Of a stretch of 64,000 nucleotides of DNA, positions 44,611-55,124 are shown piece after piece (the first letter of the stretch is position 1; each line of letters opens with the position of its first letter). A program made the translations under genes and the position numbers. The stretch is from an uncultured Planctomycetota bacterium (GTDB taxonomy: Bacteria > Planctomycetota > Planctomycetia > Isosphaerales > Isosphaeraceae): contig CAWJTV010000020.1 in NCBI GenBank assembly GCA_963845755.1, positions 480,001 to 544,000 on the forward strand. Reading direction: 5' to 3'. The notes under the pieces are model-generated. The model was not told the origin of the DNA. It saw only the letters and a list, made by a program, of their open reading frames with translations, and did no database searches.

Positions 44611-44951
44611 GTACAATCTGCCTGACCGACCATCTCTCTTTAATCGACAAAACACGTTCGACCGACTGAGACACACCCACCACTCCGACCCGCAAATTCG
44701 TCACAATCGTTCGCGGAACAGCGAACACGCTCGCCGGAAACGCGACGGGAATCCCCCGCACGGCGGAATCCCGCCCGATCCGCTCAAGGTCGCCCGAGAG
44801 AACACCTGTCCATGGGGTTTACCCGCTCCCCTCTTCTTGTTATACTCTTGTTGAACATGGTATGGACACCCGCCGGGACGACTGGTCCCAGAGTCCAGCG
44901 ATCGCCGAAATCGTCCTGCCTCATTCGGAAATCGCTCGCGAGGGTCACCTT

Positions 44952-47826
44952 ATGATCGATCGTCCACCACGCGTTGTTGCGTGCCTTTGCGGACTGCTCA
45001 TCGCTTTCCTCGGAGCTCGCCATGAAGCAACGGGCGCGGATCCGCCCGCTGAGTCGTTGCATTCCCGGATCGATCGGTTGATGGAGTCGGCTCGTGTCGG
45101 TCCCGCGGCACCGACGGCCAACGACGCGGAGTTCTTGAGGCGCGTCTCGCTCGATCTCACAGGCATGCCGCCTTCCGTAGAGGAGTTGAGAGCCTTCCTC
45201 GCCGATACCACGGCCGACAAACGGGCCAGGACCGTCAACCGTCTGCTCGAGAGTCCACGTTACGCGCGTCACTGGGCGACCGTCCTCGACGTGATGCTGA
45301 TGGAGCGCCGGCCCGCCAAGAACGTGAATGCCGACGAGTGGCAGAACTACCTGCTGGCCGCGGCACGCGAGAACCGGCCGCTCAATCAAGTGATGGGCGA
45401 GTTGCTTCGCGCCGACGGCGCAGACCCCAAGCATCGGGCCGCGCGCGGTTCTATCTGGATCGCGAGTGCGACCCGAACCTCATCACGCGGGATGTCGGGC
45501 GAATTGTCTTCGGTCGCGACATGCAATGCGGCAGTGCCACAACCATCCGCTAGTCAAGGATTATCAGCAGTCGGACTATTACGGCCTGCTCGCCTTTTTC
45601 CAGTCCGGGTATGCCTTGACACGCAAGGACGGGAAGACCGAAACCACCCTCTATGCCGAGACGGCGGGTACCGATCTGGCGTTCGATTCCGTGTTCGTGA
45701 AGGGCGATCACCATGTGACCGGTCCTCGAATACTCGGGAACGCCGAGCTGGTCGAGCCGGTCTTCCCGCCGGGTGATGAATACCAGGTGAAACCCTCGGG
45801 TGAGGTTCTCCCGGTGCCCAGGCACAGCCGCAGGGCCAAACTCGCCGCGCTGGCGACCGATGGGAAGAATCGGGCCTTCAACGAGAATATCGCCAATCGC
45901 CTGTGGGCCATGTTGATGGGACGGGGAGTCGTCCATCCCGTCAACCTGCATCACCCGGACAACCCGCCGAGTCAGCCGGACCTGCTGAAAGCCCTGGGCG
46001 TCGAGATCGCCATGCTCCACTTCGATGTCAAAGCGTTTCTCCGCGAGTTGGCGCTGACCCGTGCGTACCAGCGCACGATCGATCTGCCAGCGGAGACCGC
46101 GCCGAACCCCGCCAGTCTCGCCGACCTGAAGACACGATCCGAGCGACTGGAAGCGGCCGCGGAACGAGCACGCGACGAGCACGCGAGCGCGGTCAAGGCC
46201 TGGCATAAAGCGGAAGACTCGCTGATCCCGCTGGTCGGCGAGCAGGACAAGGCCGTCCTCCAACACACCGCGGCGTCGAAGAAGAAGGACGACGCCCAGA
46301 AGGTCGTGAGCGACCTTCTGGCCCGGACCGTCGCCGGCCGCGATACCGCAAAGGCCCTTGCCGAGGCCGCGGGCCGGGCTCAGGAGGTTGTCAAGAAGCT
46401 GCCCAAGGAGAAGGCGCTCGCGGATGCCGCTAAAACCTTCCTCAATCGCTCCAAGGTCGCCGGGACGGAACTGGCGGCACTCGAGAAGGCGATCGTCGAG
46501 AAATCCGCCGCTCTGAAAAAGACCGAGGACGAGCTCGCTACGGCTGCGAAGTCGGTCGAACGCGGTGCGTGCCCGGGTCCGGCCCGTCCGCGAGTCGGTC
46601 CGAGCGAAAGAGGCCATCGTCCTGGAAGCTCGCCGGAAGATGTCCGAAAGCCGGATCGCGACGGAAGAAAACCAGCGGCGAATCGGGTTGCTCGAAGCGT
46701 ACGCGCGACGCAACGTGGCGATGGAGCAAATCGCGGCGAACCAGCGAACCGTCGTCGCCCGCCGTGATGCGATCCGCGAGGCGGAGAAGCAGGCGACCGA
46801 GTACGCCGCGGTCCTGCGGCCACGACAGGATGAAGCGAAGGCGGCCGAGGCGGCACGCGGCGCGGCGGAGCAAGCACGGACGGTTGCCCAATCCGCCCTG
46901 GGTCACCACGAGAAAATCGCGAGGAGCGTCGATGCCGCACTCGCGGCCACCGAGGCCGCGCAGCAACTCTTACCCGGGGATGCGACCGTGGCCGAGGCGG
47001 CGCGGAAGCTCAAGGCCAAGTCCGACGATCTCAAAACGCTCCTCCCCGGACTGAAAGGCCGGATCGATTCCGCCTCAGCGACTCTCCAGAAGGCCGACGG
47101 CGCACTGGCCTCGGCGAACGGGGCGCTCAGGGCGTCGAATGAGGAGAAGCTTCGCCGCGACGGCGCGGTCGCCGCAACTCGGGCCGCCCTGACCGCGGCC
47201 GAATCGCGCGCCAATGCCCTGCGGGCGGAGCTCGCCGAGGCGAACGACGACCTGGTCGAACGGTCGGGGAACCAGTTCGCACTGGCCCAGCTCAAGCCAC
47301 TCTCGCCCGAGCAGATGTGCTGGAGCATCTTGAAAGTCACCGGCGTCTACGATCGCTACCTCCAGGCCGAGGAGGCGGCGCTCAACAAGTCCAAGCCCCT
47401 GACCGGACCGGCGGCCAGCAACCCTGCCGCACGGCGCGCCCGCGCGATCGAGGTTGAGCAGCACACCTTCGACAAGCTCAAGGCGAATGTCGGCCCGTTC
47501 ATCACGATTTTCGCGGCGGCCGCCGGTCAGCCGCAGAACGACTTCTTCGCCACGGCCGAACAGGCCCTGTTCGCGGCCAACGGCGGATCGATCAATAGCT
47601 GGATCGCGCCGGCAGGCGGCAACATCTCCGAGCGAATGATCCAGGAGAAAGACCCCCGCAAGGCCGCGGATGATCTCTACTCGACGATCCTCTCCCGGTC
47701 GCCATCAGTCGAAGAATCGGCCGACGTCGTGCGCGTCCTAGCCGTCGGTGCCAAGGATAAACCCGCGGCCGTGCAGGAGCTGGTCTGGGGACTCCTCACG
47801 TCGGCCGAGTTCCGGTTCAATCACTG
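44952..47826 (+). CDS. DUF1549/DUF1553 protein with long coiled-coil insertion (several frameshifts)
   Basis: DAEFLRRVSLDLTG.PP, QCHNHP, NIANRLWAMLMGRGVVHP, a long Ala/Lys/Glu coiled coil, and WGLLTSAEFRFNH. Confidence 0.85.
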
Positions 47827-47860
47827 ATTCTCACCACACGCCCGAAAGGACGGTGATTCG

Positions 47861-49153
47861 ATGAAGTGCACATACTCCTGTCACTCTCCCGAACACGCGA
47901 TGGCGCGGCGGAAGTTCCTGGCCGGGATGGCCGCGACGGCAACGGGCTCGATGGTCGGGGGACTGGGCGTATTCGCGAGCCCGCTCGCAGCCGCGCAGCT
48001 CAACAAGGATCAGAAGCGGATCGTGGTCTTCAATATGCACGGTGGGCTGAGCCAGCTCGAGAGCTGGGATCCGAAGCCCGGTACGGAGACCGGAGGCCCA
48101 TTCCGTGCGATCAGCACGTCGATACCCGGTATCCAGATCTCCGAACTGCTGCCCAACGTCGCCAAGCAGATGCATCACCTCTGCCTTGTAAGGGGCGTGA
48201 ACACGAAAGAAGACGACCACGGCAAGGGGGCCTACCTGATGATCACCGGGCGCCGGCAGACTCCCGCCGCCGAGTACCCCAATATCGGGGCCGTCTGTGC
48301 CAAGGCCCTGGCTCCGGAGGAGAACGCGCTGCCCGGTCACATCGTCATCACACCCTGGGGTGGCGGCGGCCGAGGCAGCGACTCGGCCTACCTGGGACCG
48401 AAATACGCGAGCATTTACCTGGGGAATGGCAAGCCGCCCCAGTACACGACGCGGCCCGGCCAGGTCAGCGAGTCGATCGATTCCGCCCGCAACGACTTCC
48501 GACGACGGGTCAACCAGCGTTTCCTCAGCCGCAGGCGAACCGCCGTCACCGAAGCCTACACTTACTCGTACGAGCAAGCGATCCAGCTCATGAGGCAGCG
48601 AGAGGTCTTCGATGTTGCCAAGGAGCCGGCGAAGGATCATGAGCGTTATGGCAAATACGACCTGGGCCGGCATTGCCTGCTGGCGCGACGGCTCCTGGAG
48701 AAAGGCGCGACCTTCGTTCAAGTGTCTCACTCGAACTACGACACGCATAATGAGAACTTCAACTTCCACATCGAGCAACTGGGCGAATTCGACCGGTCGT
48801 TCGCGGCGTTCGTCGCCGATCTCGCCGACCGCGGCATGCTCGATAGCACCCTGATCGTGGTCCTTTCGGAGTTCGGCCGCACTCCGAACATCAACTACCT
48901 CTACGGCCGCGATCACTGGTCACACGCCTGGACCGTGGTGCTGGCCGGCGCGAAGGTTCAGCGTGGGATCGCTTACGGCAAGACGAACGCGAAGGGGACG
49001 GAGGTCGTCGACGGCCAGGTCGATCACGGCAACCTGTTCCACACCTACCTCCAGGCCGTGGGCGTGAATTCGACCGACTCGTTCGATGTCGAAGGACGCG
49101 ACGTCCCGATCGCCGACCCGGCATCCAAGATGATCCGGCAGGTTCTGGCATGA
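47861..49153 (+). CDS. DUF1501 family protein (Tat signal)
   Basis: RRKFL, GGLSQLESWDPKP, CLLARRLLE.G..FV, DTH and SEFGRTP.IN...GRDHW. Confidence 0.92.
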   Translation: MKCTYSCHSPEHAMARRKFLAGMAATATGSMVGGLGVFASPLAAAQLNKDQKRIVVFNMHGGLSQLESWDPKPGTETGGPFRAISTSIPGIQISELLPNVAKQMHHLCLVRGVNTKEDDHGKGAYLMITGRRQTPAAEYPNIGAVCAKALAPEENALPGHIVITPWGGGGRGSDSAYLGPKYASIYLGNGKPPQYTTRPGQVSESIDSARNDFRRRVNQRFLSRRRTAVTEAYTYSYEQAIQLMRQREVFDVAKEPAKDHERYGKYDLGRHCLLARRLLEKGATFVQVSHSNYDTHNENFNFHIEQLGEFDRSFAAFVADLADRGMLDSTLIVVLSEFGRTPNINYLYGRDHWSHAWTVVLAGAKVQRGIAYGKTNAKGTEVVDGQVDHGNLFHTYLQAVGVNSTDSFDVEGRDVPIADPASKMIRQVLA

Positions 49154-49208
49154 CCGGTCGAGATGAAGTCTTCCTCCAAAGGGTCCAATACGCCGTGCGC
49201 TGATGTGA

Positions 49209-49294
49209 GGATTCTCGATTCCAGATTCAAGATGGAGACGATTCTGGATTGTTCAATCTTGAATCTCGAATCCTGAATCTCGAATCCTGAATCC
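49209..49294. repeat. Inverted array of 7-bp GATTC/GAATC units
   Basis: GATTCTC-GATTCCA-GATTCAAGAT ... ATCTTGAATCTC-GAATCCT-GAATCTC-GAATCCT-GAATC. Confidence 0.7.
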
Positions 49295-49339
49295 CTTTTG
49301 GGTTGCGGCCCGTCGGCCGCGTTTGCGAGAAGTTCTGCC

Positions 49340-50366
49340 ATGGACAAGAGCATCGGTGCCATCCCGGCCCGTTTCGATCCCAAGCAAGCGCATGTCTTGA
49401 CCCAGTGGCCGGCCGGCGGACCGATGGTCTGCTGCCGGTTCGAGCCGAAGGGACGCTTCGTCTTCGGCGGGCTCGAGAGGCCGACGATCGCGCGCTTCAA
49501 CCTGACCGATGGTAAGACGGTTTCCTTCGCGGGCGGGCATGAATCGTGGGTGTTCGCGCTGGCGTTCTCGCCCAGACGGTGAGACGACCTACAGCGGCGG
49601 CGGCGACGGACGCGTCGCCGTCTGGGAGACCGCCGCCACCTCGCCCAAGCGAATTCGGACGATCGAAGCCCATCGGGGTTGGGTTCGCGCGATCGGTGTG
49701 AGCCCCGACGGCACACTTCTCGCCACCGGTGGAAATGATCGAGTGGTCCGGCTGTGGGAGGCCTCGAGCGGTTCTCTGATCCGCGAACTCGAAGGACACC
49801 GCGGGCATGTTTACTCGCTGGAGTTTCACCCCACCGGCAAGACCTTGCTCACGGGCGATCTGCTGGGAGCGATCCGGGAGTGGGATCTCGGCACGGGAAA
49901 GGTGATCGGCGGTTTCGAGGCCAAGGCCCTTCATACCTATGAAGCCAGCCAACAGGTCGATTTCGGCGGCGTCCGCGGACTGGCCATCACGCCGGACGGC
50001 CACTCGATCGCGGGCGGAGGGTTGCACAAGGCATCGAATCCCCTCGGGGCGGTCCACGAGCCGATCGCGCTGGTCTTCGATACCAAGAGCCGCAAGCTCG
50101 TGCGAACCCTGCTGACCGATGGCATCCCGGGAGGCGTGATCTGGCGGCTTCGCTACCTGGCGGACGGCGATCTGATGGCCGCCTGTGGCGGCACCAGCGG
50201 CGGGTTCCTGCTCTTCTGGAAATCGGGCGCCGACAAGGACTACCACCGCCTCGCCTTGCCGAACAGCGCCCGGGACATGGACTTGCACCCCGACGGGTTG
50301 CGCATCGCCACGGCCCATCATGACGGTCACATTCGCTTGACCCGACTCGCCGCCGGCGCGAGCTGA
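49340..50366 (+). CDS. WD40-repeat protein (frameshift near 49570)
   Basis: GHESWVFALAFS, AHRGWVRAIGVSPDG...VRLWE and GHRGHVYSLEFHP. Confidence 0.88.
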
Positions 50367-50541
50367 GGCCGGAGGTATCGGCGGGGATCGGTAGGACAGG
50401 CTCCCGAGTTCGTTACGTTGTGTAGCGTCGGTCCAACTTCGGGTAGCACGAGGCATCCGATTAGCTTAGACTACGCTCGCTTTCGACCTCCCGGCAGGCT
50501 CCCTGCCAGAGATGCCTCCTCAAGGAACAAGGGACCCGTTC

Positions 50542-51348
50542 ATGGCGTGTCTGGTCGCGGAGACGGCCCGCGTCGATCCCGGCGCACGGTTGGGCGAGGA
50601 CGTTGTCGTCGGCCCCGACTGCATCATCGGCCCCGAGGTGGAGATCGGCAGGGGGACGCGGCTGTCCAGTCATGTCTGCGTGATGGGTGCGACCAAGCTC
50701 GGCGAATTCAATACGCTCGGCCCATTCGTCTCCATCGGCGGTGAGCCGCAGGACGTGTCCTACTGGGGCGCGCCCACGCGGGTGGAGATCGGCGACCATA
50801 ACACGATGGACGCGCGCGTGACGATCCATCGCGCCACCGCGAAGGAGGACGGAGTCACCGGGATCGGCAGCCGCAATCACTTTCTCACCGGTGCTCATGT
50901 TGCTCACGATTGCAAGCTCGCCGACCGGATCGTGATCGGCATCGGGTCATTGCTTGGCGGCCACGTCCACGTCGGGTCCGACGTGGCCATCTCGGAGAAG
51001 GTGGCCGTCCATCAATTCGTCACGGTCGGCGGCAATTGCTACATCGGCGGCCATTCGAAGATCACTCAAGACGTACCGCCCTACATGCGGGTTGAGGGGA
51101 ATCCGTCGATCGTCCGCGGCATCAATGGGAGGACGCTGAAACAGAGAGGCATGAAACGGGAGGCCCTCGCCGCTCTCCGCGAGGCCCACCGACTGATCTA
51201 CGTTGCGAAGATGCCGCTCGAGCAGGCGGCTACGCTCCTGGATGAACAGGATCGTCTCACGCCGGAGGTCCTCCTGCTCGTGAAGTTCGTCGAGTCCCAG
51301 CGCGAGGGAAAGGTAGGGCGTGGGCGCGACGGCGGACGGAGAACCTGA
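50542..51348 (+). CDS. lpxA: Acyl-ACP--UDP-N-acetylglucosamine O-acyltransferase (LpxA family)
   Basis: Hexapeptide repeats, GGEPQD, TIHRAT, AHVAHDC, LGGHV, VHQF and QDVPPY. Confidence 0.85.
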   Translation: MACLVAETARVDPGARLGEDVVVGPDCIIGPEVEIGRGTRLSSHVCVMGATKLGEFNTLGPFVSIGGEPQDVSYWGAPTRVEIGDHNTMDARVTIHRATAKEDGVTGIGSRNHFLTGAHVAHDCKLADRIVIGIGSLLGGHVHVGSDVAISEKVAVHQFVTVGGNCYIGGHSKITQDVPPYMRVEGNPSIVRGINGRTLKQRGMKREALAALREAHRLIYVAKMPLEQAATLLDEQDRLTPEVLLLVKFVESQREGKVGRGRDGGRRT

Positions 51349-51413
51349 CGAACCGGCTCGGGGGCGGAGGAACGTTCGGCCAACTGCTTTCCTTCGCAAT
51401 TCGCAACACAGAT

Positions 51414-52445
51414 TCAAACCGGCGGCGGGTTCCGCTCGGCAAAGGGCCTCTGGTGCCAGTACGGGTAAGCGAGCGTCGTGGCGCTGGCGTCGTCGAGCCT
51501 GGCGATCTGGTCCCGGGTGAGATTCCACCCGACGGCGCCGAGGTTCTGCCTCAGTTGCTCCTCGTTGCGCGCGCCGATGATGACGTTCGCCACGCTCGGC
51601 CGCTGGAGCAGCCAGTTCAGGGCGATCTGCGGCACGGTCTTGCCGGTCTCCCGGGAAACCTCATCCAGGACATCAACGACCCGATAGATATACTCACTAT
51701 CGACCTGCGGCCCGACGTCAACCACGAGCTTGCTTTGGAGCCGGCTGTTCTCCGGCAACGGTCGACCACGGCGGACTTTTCCGGTCAGCCGACCCCAGCC
51801 CAGCGGGCTCCAGACGACCGCGCCGACCTTCTGGTCGAGCGCCAGCGGCATGAGTTCCCATTCGTAGTCGCGACCGATCAGCGAGTAATACGCCTGATGA
51901 GCAACATAACGCGCCAGGCCGTATCGTTCCGAAACGGCCAGCGACTTCATCAGGTGCCACCCCGAGAAGTTCGAGCATCCGATATAGCGGATCTTGCCCG
52001 CGCGCACCAGGTCGTCGAGGGTGCTCAGTACTTCCTCGACCGGCGTCATTGCGTCGAAGGCGTGGAGCTGGTAAAGGTCGATGGTATCGGTACCCAGCCG
52101 GCGCAGGGACGACTCGACCGCCCGGATCAGGTGGTAGCGGGACGAGCCGACGTTGTTGGGCCCAGGTCCATTGCGGAAGGTTCCCTTCGTGGAGATGATC
52201 ACCTGGTCGCGCCGACCCTTGATCGCCTGGCCCAGGATCTCCTCGGCCAGCCCGTTCGAATAGATGTCGGCCGAGTCGAACATGTTGAGACCGGCCTCGA
52301 GGCAGATATCAACCAGCCGGGTGGCCTCCGCGACGTCGCTGGCGCCCCATGCCTTGAAGAACTCGCCGCCCCCACCGAAGGTGCCCGTTCCGAGGCTCAA
52401 CGCAGGGACCTTGAACCCCGAGCCGCCGAGCTGCCGGTATTCCAT
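51414..52445 (-). CDS. Aldo/keto reductase
   Basis: MEYRQLGGSG, LSLGT, FDSADIYS.G.AEEILG, IDLYQLH, GKIRYIGCSN and WSPLGWG. Confidence 0.95.
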   Translation of the reverse strand: MEYRQLGGSGFKVPALSLGTGTFGGGGEFFKAWGASDVAEATRLVDICLEAGLNMFDSADIYSNGLAEEILGQAIKGRRDQVIISTKGTFRNGPGPNNVGSSRYHLIRAVESSLRRLGTDTIDLYQLHAFDAMTPVEEVLSTLDDLVRAGKIRYIGCSNFSGWHLMKSLAVSERYGLARYVAHQAYYSLIGRDYEWELMPLALDQKVGAVVWSPLGWGRLTGKVRRGRPLPENSRLQSKLVVDVGPQVDSEYIYRVVDVLDEVSRETGKTVPQIALNWLLQRPSVANVIIGARNEEQLRQNLGAVGWNLTRDQIARLDDASATTLAYPYWHQRPFAERNPPPV

Positions 52446-52753
52446 GATCCATTGCCCTTTCTTGGTGTTTCCTTCGGGGTCGGGGGCTCGAAAACACGGG
52501 TGAGCCGGAGGACCGTTCTTGGCCTTCACGAGCCAGTTGGTCGCCACTATTCTACCGACCCGGCAAGTCGCGAGCCTTCGCATCGTTCTGGCGAGGCTGT
52601 CGCACTGGGGCTCTCGATTATCAACGCGGGCCCATCATCGATCCGACTTCGACGGAGTAACATGATGGATAGTCACCTTGAAGGGGTTGAGCGTCTGGCC
52701 GCCACCGGCATCGACCAGAGTCCCCACGTCGTTGACGATCGTCTGGACGCCTG

Positions 52754-53740
52754 TCAACGGAGCGCCGCGGCGCGGGCGAAGGCTGGGGCGTCGTCCACGA
52801 GTCGATCGACCGCCGTGATCCGCTGCGTGGTGCCGGCCGGACCGAGTATCGTCACGAGATTCGACTGGAGTTGTGAGAGCGCCTGCGGCGTCGGCACAAC
52901 CTCGTCGAACGCCGCGAGGTAGGCATCATCCAACTGCTGGTTGGATGCGCTCGGCACCGCGGCGCCGAGCCCTTCCAGGAGGTGCGCATCGCGATGCAAC
53001 ACGGCGCCGCCGGCCGCGCCGGCCTGGTTCTCGTTTTGGACGGTCCGCAAGTCCCGTTGAAGCCTGGCCTCGGCAGTGACCTTCTGAATGCCCCAACCAC
53101 GGAAGAACCCGCGGAGATGATGCGTGTAGTACAGTCCGGGGTCCTCGAAGTGATGTAGCTGTTGGGCGGAAGCGACGACTCGGCGTTCCGCAACGCGTAG
53201 AAGTCATTGGTGAATGTCTGGAACTCGTCCGCGCTAACGCCGGCCGAGGCCGCCAGGGTCCTCATATCCGTGAGTGTCTGGTCGATGAGCGGCTGCGGGA
53301 CGTCGAGGCTCTGGAGGTTCGTCGTCAGTCGAACCCGTCACCACGCCCCATCCGGAATTCTGGGCGGCGCCGTAAAGAGGAGATCGGTCAAGCTGGAGCG
53401 ACACGGCGACGGCCGTGTTATGCGCGGTCGCCTGGGGCAGACTGGCCGAGGATGCCGCCACGGAGATCGCTCGGGAATCGTCGCGCAGGGCGAGCAGTTC
53501 CCCCGGAGTGGCCTGCGACTTCAGCTCGAGCGTCTTCAACTCGCTCACGTAGTGGTCGTACTCATGACGAACGAATGCGGCACGCGAATTGAATTGTTGA
53601 GATGACGTGGAATAGGGCCAGAGAGAGTAGGTCGAGAACGGATTGTAACTGCTCAAAACTTGACGCGTTTCCAATCCCTCGGTGTACGGAATTAAATGGA
53701 GAGAGCGATTTTGCCCGTGCGGGCGGTTGTGGGGGGCCAT
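52754..53740 (-). CDS. Hypothetical extracellular protein with LExRxLL-like motif (several frameshifts)
   Basis: EGLETRQVLS near the N-terminus; the protein-like reading continues across ORFs 53234, 52852 and 52754. Confidence 0.5.
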
Positions 53741-54093
53741 GATCCGAATCCTTCCCTGGAATCAACGAGTCGGTCCGCGGGTCTGCGTCGACCCGGGGTT
53801 GTCGGCCCCGGGATCGGCAGAAGCGATGAATGTTGTTACGTCGCGGCGGGGAGGTCGGTTCGTCGCATGGCCACCGACTGAGAACACGCGCGACATGTTA
53901 CGTTCGAAAGCCTTTCGAGTGAAGAGAATCTGCAAGCTGCCCTTCCGTTCCGGAATCGCGAGGCAATCCTCGTCTGACCACGGGAACAGGAATCGACGCG
54001 AATTCCTCTCCGTCGCTAGACTGGATCTCTGGCGGTGTGGGCGAGTGCCATTCGCTGATTATCCGAGTCTGAGAGAGGATACAGGACTATCGA

Positions 54094-55101
54094 ATGAATC
54101 GACCGTACGAACGCGAACGAGAGGTGGCCATCCGTGCTGTACGGGAGGCGGCACGGTTGTGCCAGGCTGTGGCGGGGGAGATCTCGCCGGAGGTCCTGGC
54201 CAAGAAGGACAAGAGCCCTGTGACGGTCGCCGACTTCGGCAGCCAGGCTCTGATCTGTCGTACGCTTGGCGAGGCGTTCTCCGATGATCCGATCATCGCT
54301 GAGGAAGACGCGGCCGATCTGAGGCAGCCCGAAAACGCCGCCATTCTGGACCAGGTGCTGCGGCATGTCCGCGCGGTCCTGGCCGACGGCACTGATGAGC
54401 TCGACGCTGCCGGGGTCTGTCGATGGATTGATCGCGGTGGCACGAGCGAATATCGCGACCGTTTCTGGACGCTCGATCCGATCGACGGTACCAAGGGGTT
54501 CCTCCGGCGTGAGCAGTACGCCGTCGCTCTGGCACTTGTCGTCGGGGGACAGATCGCGGTTGCGGCACTCGCGTGTCCCAACCTGCCGGCGAGTGAAGCC
54601 GACCTGGTGCAACGCACCACAGGTTCCATCTTCTTCGCGATAAGAGGGCAGGGGGCGTTCGTCATCGTGGGAGATGCGAAACCGATCCCCGTGCATGTCA
54701 GCGCGCACGACGATCCATCGAACGTGCGGTTTTGTGAGTCGGTCGAGTCGGGTCACAGCGCGCATGGGGACGCAGCGTCCGTCGCCGACCGGCTGGGTAT
54801 GACGGCGCCCCCATTGCGCATGGACAGCCAGGCCAAGTATGCCGTCGTCGCTCGCGGCGAGGCCGATATCTACCTCCGTCTGCCCACCCGAGCCGACTAT
54901 CGCGAGAAGATCTGGGATCACGCCGCCGGAGCCCTGATCGTCGCCGAGGCCGGTGGAACCGTCTCCGACATCCACGGCCGGCCGCTCGAGTTCCACCACG
55001 GCCGAGAGCTGACCGCCAACCGCGGGGTCATCGTCACGAATGGCGGGCTGCACGAGCGCGTGCTCGATGCCGTTCGGGAGCTGGGGATCTCGTCCAATTA
55101 G
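54094..55101 (+). CDS. 3'(2'),5'-bisphosphate nucleotidase, HAL2/SAL1-like
   Basis: KSPVTVADFGSQA, AEED, FWTLDPIDGTKGFLR, ESVESGHS, MDSQAKY and EKIWDHAAG. Confidence 0.92.
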   Translation: MNRPYEREREVAIRAVREAARLCQAVAGEISPEVLAKKDKSPVTVADFGSQALICRTLGEAFSDDPIIAEEDAADLRQPENAAILDQVLRHVRAVLADGTDELDAAGVCRWIDRGGTSEYRDRFWTLDPIDGTKGFLRREQYAVALALVVGGQIAVAALACPNLPASEADLVQRTTGSIFFAIRGQGAFVIVGDAKPIPVHVSAHDDPSNVRFCESVESGHSAHGDAASVADRLGMTAPPLRMDSQAKYAVVARGEADIYLRLPTRADYREKIWDHAAGALIVAEAGGTVSDIHGRPLEFHHGRELTANRGVIVTNGGLHERVLDAVRELGISSN

Positions 55102-55124
55102 TGGCTTGGGGCAAAGTGGCCACG

